Shown in pieces: positions 13,101-25,100 of a DNA stretch of 64,000 bases. Origin of the DNA: Catajapyx aquilonaris. Taxonomy: Eukaryota. The stretch's first letter is position 1. Every line of letters starts with the position of its first letter. Position numbers and translations under genes: made by a program. Under the pieces are notes generated by a model. It did not search any database, was not told the origin of the DNA, and was given only the letters and a program-made list of their open reading frames with translations. The stretch spans positions 1 to 64,000 of the forward strand of contig KZ538121.1 of assembly GCA_000934665.2 (NCBI GenBank). Reading direction: 5' to 3'.

Positions 13101-16100
13101 TCCTGCAGCTGCGCCTTAACCACCTTGAAATCGGCGGACGGCGGCTTCTGGTTCGCCACCATTTCTTCCATGTCGTCCAGCCATTTGTTCAGACCGTCCA
13201 GCGCCTCCTGGAAGCGTCCGGACTGCAGAAGGCCAACGTCCAGCCGGCGCTCTCTGTCGCCGCATCGTTCCTTCAGCTGGTTCCATTTGTCGTTGAGCCG
13301 TTCCAGATCACGCTCCAGTCCCGTGGTGTCCACGCCACTGGAAGCGGACTGGATCAGGCCCTGTCCAGACTTGTTGCAGTCATCCACCTGCCTGGACAGG
13401 CCGTCCAGGTGGCGTTGACGGAACTCCCTGAACTCCTGCTGTTGTCCGCGGATGGCATCGACGTCCCCTCCGACCGCCTTGAAGGACCGCTCTTCAGCCG
13501 CAACCGCATCCAGTTCTCCAGACACGGCACGATACACCTCGTAGAAAGTCTCCAGGCGCCTCCGGACCTTATCAAGCTCGTTGTCTCGCTGTCTGGCCCG
13601 TTCCTCCAGGCGTCCCAGTTGTCTGTGGACACCCTCAAGCTGCTCCTGTGCCGCCTTTGCGTCCGCTATGAACCCTTGCGACCGCAAGTCGTCCGCCTCT
13701 TGCCCTACGGACTCGGCTTCAGATCGTTTGTGCGCCAGCTTCCGCTCGAAGGCCTCAACCTCACGGGACTGCGCCTCGACAGTCTTCATGTCGCGTCCGA
13801 TTGGCTTCATATTGTCCAGCTCCGTCTCCAGGTTGCCCAATTCCATACTCAGGCTCTTCACATGTTCCTGTGGATTAAGAACACGGTTAAATGTAACGAA
13901 GAATTTAAAAGGAAATTAGACTTACATTGAATTGTCCGACGACCCTGGAGGCAGACTCCAGCGCACTGCAGCGGTCGTCCAGCTTGGCTCGGAGGTCGTC
14001 GTATCTGTCCAGTAGGTTGTCCACACTTGTTTGGACGTGCGAGGCGTCACATCCTTGCGAGGCAGCCTCGTTGATCAGCTCGTGCGCGAAGGACCTAACC
14101 GCATTCAGCGGTTTCTCCAGCCGGATCGCATCTTCTCGCAGCGCCTTGATTCGTTCCAGTAGCTTCGGATCCCTGGAGGCATCGCCCAGTGCATCGTGCG
14201 ATGCGAGACGGTCCTCGCATCGCTGCATGGAATGCTGCAGGTCACGCAGCGATTCGTTGAGTTCGGACAGTCGGCGATTGCAGTCGTCCAGCGCCTGGCT
14301 GCGTTCCAGGACAGCGCTGTTGAGGTCATCCCATCGCTGCTTCACAACGGCCATTTCTCCCTTAACCACGTCCTTATCCAGGTCGCAAGCAGCGACGAAG
14401 GTTTCTCCAGCATTCTTGTTGGATTCGTACTCGCCAGACCGACGCCACAGGTCGTTCTTGAACGCCTGGAGCTCCTTCACCTGCCTGTCCAGGTCCGACT
14501 TCTTGAAGCTGGACGGCCGCATCTTCTCCAGTCGCTCCTCCGCACTGGTCAGCCAGGGAAGGAACGAGTCCTGGAGGCGGTAGTACTTGCGGCAGTGCTC
14601 CATGCAGGTCTGGAGTCGGGTGTGCTTCTCCAGGACGTCCTTCCGCAGCTTGTCCCACTGCTGCTGGATCTTCTCCAGGGCACGCTGGACATTGCGCATG
14701 TCCGTCTTGCGAGTGGACTTGGACAGCATGTCCCTGCCCTTGTTCAGGGTCATGATGACCTCGTGTTCTTTGCCCATCACGTCCTTGTAGACAGCCTGTC
14801 GAAATGGAACAGTTAACATCCAGGATTCCAGTCAACAGTTTGCGTAACGTACCTCAAAGTCCTGGAGCTGTCTGGAGAGAATGTTCCTGTCCGCTGACAC
14901 CAGCAGCTTCTCCGTCAGGTGTCCCAGATGGTCGTTGAGCCACCCTGCCATCTGCAGGCAGGACGCTTCGAACTCTCTGTTGTCCCTAAGCGACACTTCC
15001 AGTTCGGCCTTCATGTTGTCCAGCTTCTTCTGGAGCTGGTTGTACATCCGGCCAATCTGTCCCAGCTTATGCTTGATGTCCGATCGCGAACCCGGGTCGT
15101 CCAGAACCTCGCACAGATGTTCACCGGTGCTTTCAGCGTCCGCTAGCACCGGTCGCAGGCTCTCCAGCTGTTTATCCAGCCCCTGGAAACAACAGGACAT
15201 TATATAAGTATTCAACGGACAATCGCATTCAACTTGGACAACAATACTTACTTCAAGTCTCTTCAGCTTGTCGTCCGGTTCAATCTTGGACAGAGCAAGG
15301 TCGTCCAGGTCGTCCCCAACCTTCTGAAGATGTTCCTGGAGAACGTTCAGCTGGTTGTAGAAGTCCTTGCTGACTCCAGAGGCAGCGTCCAGACTCTTCT
15401 CGCGGTCGTCCAGCTGTCCCAGAAGCTCGTCCCATCGCCTGTTGACCACTCCGACTTTCTCCGCAACTCTTCTTGCGTCCGGACTGCTCGGTTCAGCCCT
15501 GTCCACAATGGCCTGTCCAGCCCGGTTCAGGCTGTCCAACTGCGGCCGCTGCGACCTGAACTCCTCCCGAAGCACCTGAACCTGCTGGAGCTGGGTCTGG
15601 ACAAGGCGGGGGTCAGATGTTATCGGACCCAACACGGCCATCATCTTCGCCTTAGCGGACAGCCAGCCTGAGAGCGAGTCGTGGGCATCGTAGAATTCTT
15701 TGGCGTTTTCCATTGCGGACATTCGCAACTTGCAGGACTCCAGCAGTCGTCTCCAGCGGTCGGCCACGTCTTGCACCTGGTCCTGGAGTGTGCTGGAGCC
15801 TGGCACGCCCTGCTTGCGGCGCAGAAGGTCGTTCGCCTGCGTCCTAGTTGCGTCCAGTACGCCCTGCTTGTCGTACATCTCCTCCAGTACCGCCTTCAAC
15901 TGCCGCAGCTGCTTCTCCGCATCGTCCTTAGTCTGCGGGACAGCCTCGCGCGGCATGGACCGCTCTGTCTTATCCAGGAAAGTCTGCAGGGCCTTCAGGT
16001 TGTCCAGATGCCGCCTGACCTCCTCCCGCAAGGTGTCCAGCTCGGACTGGCGATCGGACAGCTTCATGCCCAGCAGCTGGTAGCGATGGTTGATCTCGTT

Positions 16101-19100
16101 CAGTTGCTGCTGAACAGGACTCATATCTGGGACGAGAAAGGGTTCGCATGAAGCGTACGTCACACCGGTACGGATCCATGCACCGAACTAGCACGTGCCC
16201 ATGCAGCCAACGAATGCGGACGTACCTTCCAGCAATGGGAATCCGTCCTGGGAGGATCGCCTTGAACCGAACCCGCTGGATGTGGCGGGAGACAGTGGCG
16301 ATTGGGAGAACGGTGAGGATCGGTTGGTGGTTGGAGAGGAAGGGCTGCGGGCCTCCTGCGACGTGCGACGTACTGTGTGCGTGTGTGTTAACAATGCGTC
16401 ACACACAGACAAACCGGGAAGAAGCAAAGAACGTGCACAAAATGCAGCTATTCATCACTAGAGTTAGAAACCCACACTAATACTGTTAGCCGTTCCCACC
16501 TAATGTGCACTTGAAAATGTACGAGATACTCACATGGGCTGGTCGGGATGGACGTCCGCTTCGGTGGGCTGGAGCCGCGTCGTCTTGGGCTCTCCGGACG
16601 CTGCTCGCCGCGAACCAGCGCATCGTACGCAACTCCAAGATCGTTCACTTTGTCCACAGTCGACGCGTAGTCACGATGCTCTTTCGCTACGGGCTAATGG
16701 AACACTCGGTTTATTAAATCGGACACAACCAGTGAGCGTACAAACCTTGAGTTCGTCCCCTTGCTTCTTGATGATGTCCAGGTCCACAGCGACCGGGTTC
16801 ATCCCATTCACTCTGGCTTCCATGTGAGTCAACCAGTTCACAACCTGGTCCCTCAGCCGCTCGTACGCGTTCAGCTGTTCCGCCCTGGCTTTCGTCAACT
16901 TCAGCCGTTCCTCCAGCAGCGAGTGCAGCTCCTTCCATTGCCCTTCGATCGCCTTCACCTTCTCACGAGTCGGAACTGTGTCCGTTACGTCCTTCTTTCC
17001 GATCAAGTCACGTCCGGTTAGCAGCAAGTCGTCAACTTCCGGCTGCTTCTGCGACTTGCGACGGATGCACTCGTCGATGCGGACAGTGAACTCCTCCACG
17101 TCCGTCTTGCTGCAAGCCTCGATTGACTCAACCATGTCAGCGAACCATTGGTCGAACAGTTGCCCTCCAGTGTTGAAAGCGTCCAGTGAAGCCGAAACGT
17201 CATCCAAGAACACCCCGCGATGGACCATCTTCTCACACAGCTTCTCAAACCGGTCCTGGACGTCCCGCAGCTTCGCGTCCACCTTCTTGGCCAGTCGCGG
17301 GTTGCTGGCGGAGTTGACCAGCTCCATTGCGGATCTAATGACGCTCTGGATGCTAGGTCGGTGCGTCTCAATGTCCGCCTGCAGCATCCGGAACTCCCGA
17401 GTCTGTTCGTCCAGCCGTTCGCGGTTCAAGCTTGCCGGACGCATCACCGCCCGCAGCTGACCCTCGGCTTGGGCCAGCCAGTTGGCCAGTCCGTCCAGTG
17501 CGTCCTGGACACCCTGGCTCTGCACCAACGCAACGTCCAGCTCCCGGACACGCTCCGAAAGTGCGTCGGCCATGCGTCCATACCGCTCCTCAAGCTCGAT
17601 GGGAGCGTCCCGAATGGCAGCCAGTTCGGACGCAGGCGTATCGTCCGGCAGGACCTGCAGAAGCGCCATCGCCGTCTGCCTGCACATCTCAACCAGCCGT
17701 CCCTGCAAACGTAACCGTTAGCAACCGTATGTAAACAACCCTTGGGAAGAAGCCGTACCTGGGACAACACTTCGTTGTGGAGCAGCTTCGCCCTGGCCAG
17801 TTGGTCCTCCACGGTCTTAGGGTCGGCCCCCAGTGGCTCGCCCAGCAGTTTGGCCGCCTTGGGCTCAACCTCCCTGAGCCAGGCCCTGGCCCGCTCCAGT
17901 GCGTCCCTGAACTCCCGCTGCTTCGACCCGACCGAACTCAGCCGGTCGCTTAGCTTGTTCGCTCTCGACAGCAGCTCGTGATAAGCCGATCCGACAGCGG
18001 ACACCTCCTGAGTTATCAGCGACTCCTTGGGCTCAACATGCGAGAGACGCTGAGGTAGTGTGGTCCGGAATTCATTCAGGCACATCAGATATTCCTGCGG
18101 ACAAACGCAATGTATCATACCGCTTAAAGGTTACAATGAATGTGCCGGTCTTACTCGTGATTCGTCGACAAACTTCTGGACGGCCATGGTGAGGAAGCGA
18201 AGGTCGGCCTGGTGAGCGATGACGTCGCTCACAAACTCCTTCGTGCTCTCGACGGCTCCTGGGACGCGGCTCAGGTTGCCAACCGTCCGCTCCTTCTCCT
18301 CCAGTGTGCGTACAGCCTTCTCCAGCCAGATGCGGAATGCGTTTGTCTCCGTCCTGCAAACCCAACCGGTTAGGTCCCGCCCACATCAAAATTAATCCAG
18401 ATCGTACCTGTACTTCTTGAGCTCGTCCAGAGCGGACGTGAGCTTCCGAAGCAGCTTGTCCGTCTCATCCGAACAGCGATCGAATCTGGTTTTGAGCTGC
18501 TTTGCGTTCTTCTCCAGCTGCGCAATCTCCTCGGTGGACAGCACCTCAGCTCCTTGGGACACCAGCGTCCGTATGTGGTCCATGCAAGTGCCAATGGGAC
18601 GTGTGTTGTCATCCAGCTCGTCACGTACTTGCTGCAAAAATTAACATTACGTCCAACATCACCTTTCAAGTAAGTGTAAGTAAAGTTGTAAGTGTAAGTA
18701 AAGTTGTAAGTAAAGTTGTAAGTGTAAGTAAAGTGTAAGTAAAGTTGTAAGTGTAAGTAAAGTTGTAAGTGTAAGTAAAGTTGTAAGTGTAAGTAACGTG
18801 TAAGTGTAAGTAACGTGTAAGTGTAAGTGTAGTGGTAAGTGTAAGTGTAGTGGTAAGTGTAAGTGTAGTGGTAAGTGTAAGTGTAGTGGTAAGTGTAAGT
18901 AAAGTGTAAGTAAAGTTGTAAGTGTAAGTAAAGTGTAAGTAAAGTTGTAAGTGTAAGTAAAGTGTAAGTAAAGTTGTAAGTGTAAGTAAAGTGTAAGTGT
19001 AAGTAAAGTTGTAAGTGTAAGTAAAGTGGTAAGTGTAAGTAAAGTGCTAAGTGTAGTGTAAGTGTAGTGGTAAGTGTAAGTGTAGTGGTAAGTGTAAGTA

Positions 19101-22100
19101 AAGTGGTAAGTGTAAGTGTAGTGGTAAGTGTAAGTAAAGTTGTAAGTGTAAGTAAAGTTGTAAGTGTAGTGTAAGTGTAAGTGTAGTGGTAAGTGTAAGT
19201 GTAGTGGTAAGTGTAAGTAAAGTTGTAAGTGTAAGTAAAGTTGTAAGTGTAAGTAAAGTTGTAAGTGTAAGTAAAGTTGTAAGTGTAAGTAAAGTTGTAA
19301 GTAAAGTTGTAAGTGTAAGTAAAGTTGTAAGTAAAGTTGTAAGTGTAAGCCACGTGTACCTTCATAATGTTGGTCTGATTCTTCAGCTCGTCCACGTCCT
19401 CCTTCAGGATCTCCTGGGACGCAATCTTCTTCTCCATGACCGCGATCCAGTCCAGGAAGGTGGACACCATGTCGTAGCACTGCCTGTACTTCTCCTCAAT
19501 CGCTTGCTACAATTACCGATGAGAAACATCGCAATTAATTCCCAACCACTCCCGACAAATCGATTCAATAAATTTTGCTCATTTCCAGAAATTGTCCGCA
19601 ACTAATTCATCTGCATTTTAATTGCATGTTGCCAATTATTTTGCAGGCAAAGGTGTGTCGACTACATGTCTACACTTGTGAGTGACGATAAAAAGTGTGG
19701 CATGCTTCTTGCACAAAAAACCGTGTATGAAACAACACTGATTACGAGGATGCAATGTAATCGAAGGGTTGCAAGCAGAGTAATTACAGTAATTACCCCC
19801 AGGGTGTGCAGCCCTTCAATTTATCTAATTTCCATATGTAATTACAGTCATGAACGAGCCAACGAGAGGTCAACATGTTGTCTGCTGACCTCTGGTCCGC
19901 AGAGGAAACTATAAAAAAAAGAGTACTTAGCATCCCAACAATCAAAAACATGCAAGCGTATGATGTGCTCTAATGAACGATGAGGGGGAAAAAAATAGGC
20001 GTCGACGCTGTAAAAAGGAAAAACAATGAGCGCATATCCCAACTATGAAGCCAAACATGTTGAGATAAGACGAAATAAAAATGATGACAAAAATATTTCC
20101 CACACAAGTGATCCACATTTCAACAATCACACAGACACACTTTCGAGAGACATTTCACACCCTTTTAGTGAGCATCCCCATAATTAGTAGCGGCCAATTA
20201 GTAAAGCCGTCCAGAAAAAATGAGTGGATCTAGTTAGTGCGGATGGAAAATAAAATGCCGGTTACTACAAAAGCAGCCATCGGATGTCCATTTCTTTTTT
20301 TTGGATAAAAGCGGTACTAACAAAGAGAGCCAGCGGTTTGTGTCCCATGCTTTTAGACGGACATGCCACAACAGTTTGGGGACATGTCCGGCTTACCCTA
20401 GCTTCTGCGGGCATGATAAGACCTCGCCTTCTGGCCTCGAGGAGGTCAAGCTCCTGTCCGGCAGCAGTGTCCAGCAGGACCCCTGCATCGTCCCGGATAA
20501 CCCCAGAGCGGACAGCCTCGGTGGCGGCCATGATGTTGCCAGATCCGGTGTCCTTTGCGACCACCGAGGTTATGTCCACTAGACCGCCGGACACGGCTTC
20601 CCTCAAGGTGATATGGTGGCCAGGACGGAACGGATCGTGCACAAGCTTGGAATCGACGCTGTACAGGTTGAACTCCAGGACTTCCAGTAGGGACAGGCTG
20701 TCCGGTTGGGCCACAACCAGACCGGTGTCCAACGCTTTAGCTAGGGTCACGGAATGACCCGACGCAACGTCCACGACCATTGACCTGTCCCCTTCCAACA
20801 ACCCCGCTTCGAACGATTCACCCAACAGTACAAACCGCCTGTTGCCCGTGTCCTTAACTATTGCGGACTCCGGATCGACCAGCCCACATTGGACAGCCTC
20901 GTGCAGCGTGGACACCTCCTTCGACGTTGGGTCGGTGAATCGACCTGTCTGGACATTCAGATGACCTCGTTCGACAGCGACCGCAAACGACAGCGGCTCT
21001 CTCAAGAACACCACAGTCCCTTGCTCGAATATGATACACAGCGTCTTCGCCTTTCCGGTGAATGGGTCAAACATGGCCCGCTTCTTAAGGTCAATCAGGC
21101 CGTCCGATATGGCCCGCTTAAGTGTCCGGAATGAGCCGGTGTCCGGATCTTTAACCACTGCGGACTCGGGGTCGATCAGCTCGTGGCGGATTGCGGCTTC
21201 TAGGGTACACTCCTTGCGGGTTCGCGGGTCGTGGAATGTGCCACGGTCAAAGTCGATGGAGCCGCGTCTGACCGCCTGTTGGAAGGTCAAAGGTCGCTCT
21301 AGGGTGACCAGCAGCTTGTTCTGGAAAGCCACTTCCAGGGTGTGGTACCGCTTGGTTTTGCGATCCAGCACTTTCCCTCGTGGGACGTCAACGTCGCCAT
21401 CTTCAACAGCCGCATTGATGCTCTTCACCTGTCCGCTAGTGGTGTCCGTTAGAGCGGTCGTATCGCCATCAACCAACCCATGCTGGATGGCCTGCACAAG
21501 GTCAAGCTTGTCCCCAACAAGCGGGTCAACAAACCGACCTGACTCGGGGTCAAACAACCTGGCAGCCACGGCCTCCTCGATGCCCATCGGCCGCTTCGCA
21601 GTCACAATCAGCGACCGGTCAAGCGCCTCCTTCAGCGTTATTGTCGTGCCAGTGTCCGGCATAACATACACGCCTGCCAGGTCGTCCACAATTCCAGCGA
21701 CCACAGCCGGGGTCAGCTTCAGGAACATACCGGTACGCGCATGTCGCAGGATGGATCTGTCCGCAACGACCAGCTCCTGCTTGGTCGCATCGTGAAGGGT
21801 CAAGTGTCGTCCGCTGGCCGGATGGACAATGCGGCCAGTGTCCGGTTGGTACAATCCGATGGAGACGGCCTCGTGAAGGGTCAGCCCGCTCTCGACGTCA
21901 ATGATGAGCTGTCTTTCCAGTGCTTCGGACACCGGTATGTGCGTACCGGCATCGTTGAACGTGCCCTGCCGCCTGTCGATTATACCTTCCCGGCATGTCT
22001 CAACAAGTGTCAACAGCCGACCTTCTGACCCGTGCCAGTAGCATGGCAGGTCAGGGTTGATCACATACCGCCGCATGGCCTCGTGCAAGGTGACCTTCCT

Positions 22101-25100
22101 GCCGGTGGCCGGATCAGTGAAGCGGCCGGATTGGTCATCGAACAGCCCTTGGTGTATGGCTCGTTGGATGGACACAGGCGCTTTGCTGTCGACGATCAAC
22201 CGCATTTCGATGGCTTCGATGAGCATGACTTCCCGGATGGTGCCGCTGGAGTAGTCACGCACAACCGCAGTCTCGCCGTCCACCAGCCCCATCTGGACGC
22301 CCTCGGAGAGCGACACTTTCTTCCAGAATCCGCTCTGGGTGTCCTTAACGTGGACCGAATCGGGGTCGACCACACTGCAGCTGAGCGCTTCCTTCAGCGT
22401 CAGCCGGTCGCCGGTCGCTGGATTCAGAAACCGGCCGTCACCCGGGCTGAACACGCCCTTCAGCACAGCCTCACCCAGCGACAAGGGCCGCCGCACTTCG
22501 ATCAACAAGCCGCGTTCAAACGCTTCCTGGAAATCCAACGACTTAAACTTGGTCTGCACTTGACCAGCCGTTGAGTCGACCACGCCTTCAGTAACGGCCT
22601 GAAGGAACGGCAGCAGCTCCTGTCCGCTCTTCACCAACGTTGTGGTTGGGTCTATAACACCCGAGCGAATGGCCGCACTTGTGGTGACCCTCTCGCGTGT
22701 CTCCGGATTGGTGAACGTCCCGCTCTTCGGATCGTACAGCCCTTTGTAGACAGCCTCGGGTAGGGACAGTTTGCTGGTTGCGGGTATGATAAGTCCGCGG
22801 TCCATCGCGTCCAACAGGTGCATCTCGGCGCCGTTGGTCGGATCGGTCGCCATACCCGACTTCATGTTGATAATGCCAACCTTGGTGGCTTCCGAGAGCG
22901 CGATGATCTCGCCCGACCGTGGATCTTTAACGGTCAGTGCTCGCTGGTTGACCTCTCCCTTTTTGACCGCCTCCTCCAGCGTGACCCGGTCGGTGTCCAC
23001 TATCATCAGGCCAGTGTCCGGTTCGTACATGCCACGAGCCAGCGCTTCCTGCAGCGAGTATGGCTTCAGGGTGGTGAACAAGTAGCCTCGCTTGACCGCC
23101 ACGTCTAGGGTCATCCGCACCGGGTAGGTCATGACCCCGTCGGTCGCATCAACCAGCTCGGTCGCAATCGCATTGGGCACCGTCACATTACTGTTCGTAT
23201 GGTCGTCCTTAACACGTGCATGCGAGCAGTCAAGTACGCCCCGGTTCATACCTTCCTGTAGCGTAACATCATCGCCGGTTGCTACGTCCAGGAACAATCC
23301 GGTTGCACGGTCGTACACATGCTCAGTCACAGCTTCGATTAGCGGAATGGATGTGCGCTTGGTACGTATCAGCCCCTTGGCGACGCCGATGTCCAGCGTC
23401 ACCGGCTTGTCCGCGGTTTGGATCTTGCCCGTCTTCGGGTCGACCACTTTCGGTATGGCAGCCGATAGCGGCTGGTACCTTCCGGATTTCGGTTCCTTGC
23501 ATTCGGTGATGTCGGCGTCGACTATTCCGCGACGGACCGCCTCGTGGATGTCCACTCCTTGCTTCGTGACAGTGTCCATCACCAGCCCGGACTTGGGACT
23601 GTACAACTTCTTCTTAACGACAGCCTCGATGGACATTGCTTTCCGCCTTGGCACGATCATACCTTTTGTGAACGCAACGTGGAACAGCACTTCCTTCTTG
23701 GTCTTAACGTGGATGATAACGCCACGTCGGATGTCCACCATGCCCATTTGGACCGCTTCAGTCATCGGCACCGTACTGTCGGGAAGGCAAATCTGAACCG
23801 ACTTGGGGTCGATAACGCCGGATCGGATTGCTTCAGACAACGAAGCAGGCTGCCCTGTCTGCGGATCAGTCACCTGACCTGTCTCCATGTCGTACAACCC
23901 ATTCGCAACCGCTTCCTGCAAACTGAGCGGCTCAGTCTGCAGCGGCGCCAACACAGCGGGAGCGGCTTCAGACGGCTTGATCCATCCCATTTCAACGGCC
24001 TGGTAGAAGGTCACCGGCTGACCTGCGGGGTCAGACATCTTCCCCGTATCCGGATCGACCAGCCGCTTCTGAATGGCCTCACCCAGCGGCATGAAGTGTT
24101 CGGGCCGTCCCAAATCCTTCACCAAAACCAGCTGGGTGCTGAACACCCCCATGCTGATCACCTCGTCCAACGTGATCACCTCACGAGACTGCGGGTGAAC
24201 AAAGCTGCCCAACGCCTCATCGTAAAACCCGTCACTAACGGCCATCTCCGTCGTCAAATACTTGGTGACAATAACCTTATGGTAAATCTCCTCCTCGACA
24301 ACTATAATCTCCTGGTTGTTCCGGATCTCGATGGTTTGTGTCGGCTTAACCTTGCCCTGGTCCAACGCTTCAGACAGCAGCATCTTCTCGCGTCTGGACG
24401 GAATCGTAACGTAGCAACTCTGCGGCTTCAGCACGTTCTGCATTATGGCCAGACCCAACGGGAGCTTATCGCCAGGCTTCGGCTCTGAATCCGGCGGCTT
24501 CAGCTGCGGCGCTGAATCCGCAACCAGAGTGAACTCGACAGGCTCTTTCGTTGGTGACTTTTCAATCTCTTTAGTTGGCAATTTCGAGAGCGGAGCCACT
24601 TTTTCCTCTTTTGTTGGTGACTTTGGTGCCGCTTTTTCAGGCAATTTCGTTGGTGACTTTGGTGCCTTTGGCTGCTCATCTTTCGGTTCAGACTTGAACA
24701 CCGGTGCAGCTTTCTCCTTCGTTGGTGACTTTGGTGCCTTCGTTTGTGACTTGGACACCGGAGCTACCTCCTCTTTCGTTGGTGACTTTTTCGGAGCGGT
24801 CTTAGTCGGAGCCGGTTTCTTGTCTTTCCGTGACTTTTTGATGGCGTCCGCAATGGCCATTCCGGCCAGAACCGGCGCGCCGATAACGGCCAGAGGAGCA
24901 CCGATCACGGCCATTAGCCCCATTTTGGCAGCGTCCGCTACCGACACTGTCCGGCCCGTTTTGGTGTCCTTGTACTGACCTGTCTTTGGCTCGATCACAC
25001 CTCGTTGGATGGCCTCGACGGTCTTCATCGGCTTGGATGTGGCCACGTCGTATATGACCGACTCACCATCGACAATCCCGCGTTCGATGGCCTGCGACAG

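Noticed and set aside
7574..17734. Many long + strand ORFs (up to 404 aa) opposite the spectrin exons
   Set aside because: Antisense shadows of GC3-rich coding exons; they largely coincide with shot exons and show no recognisable domains
18370..19605. YTYNF / LHLQLY / VSKVVS repeat proteins
   Set aside because: Translations of a stop-poor intronic tandem repeat; the flanking exons splice in frame without it
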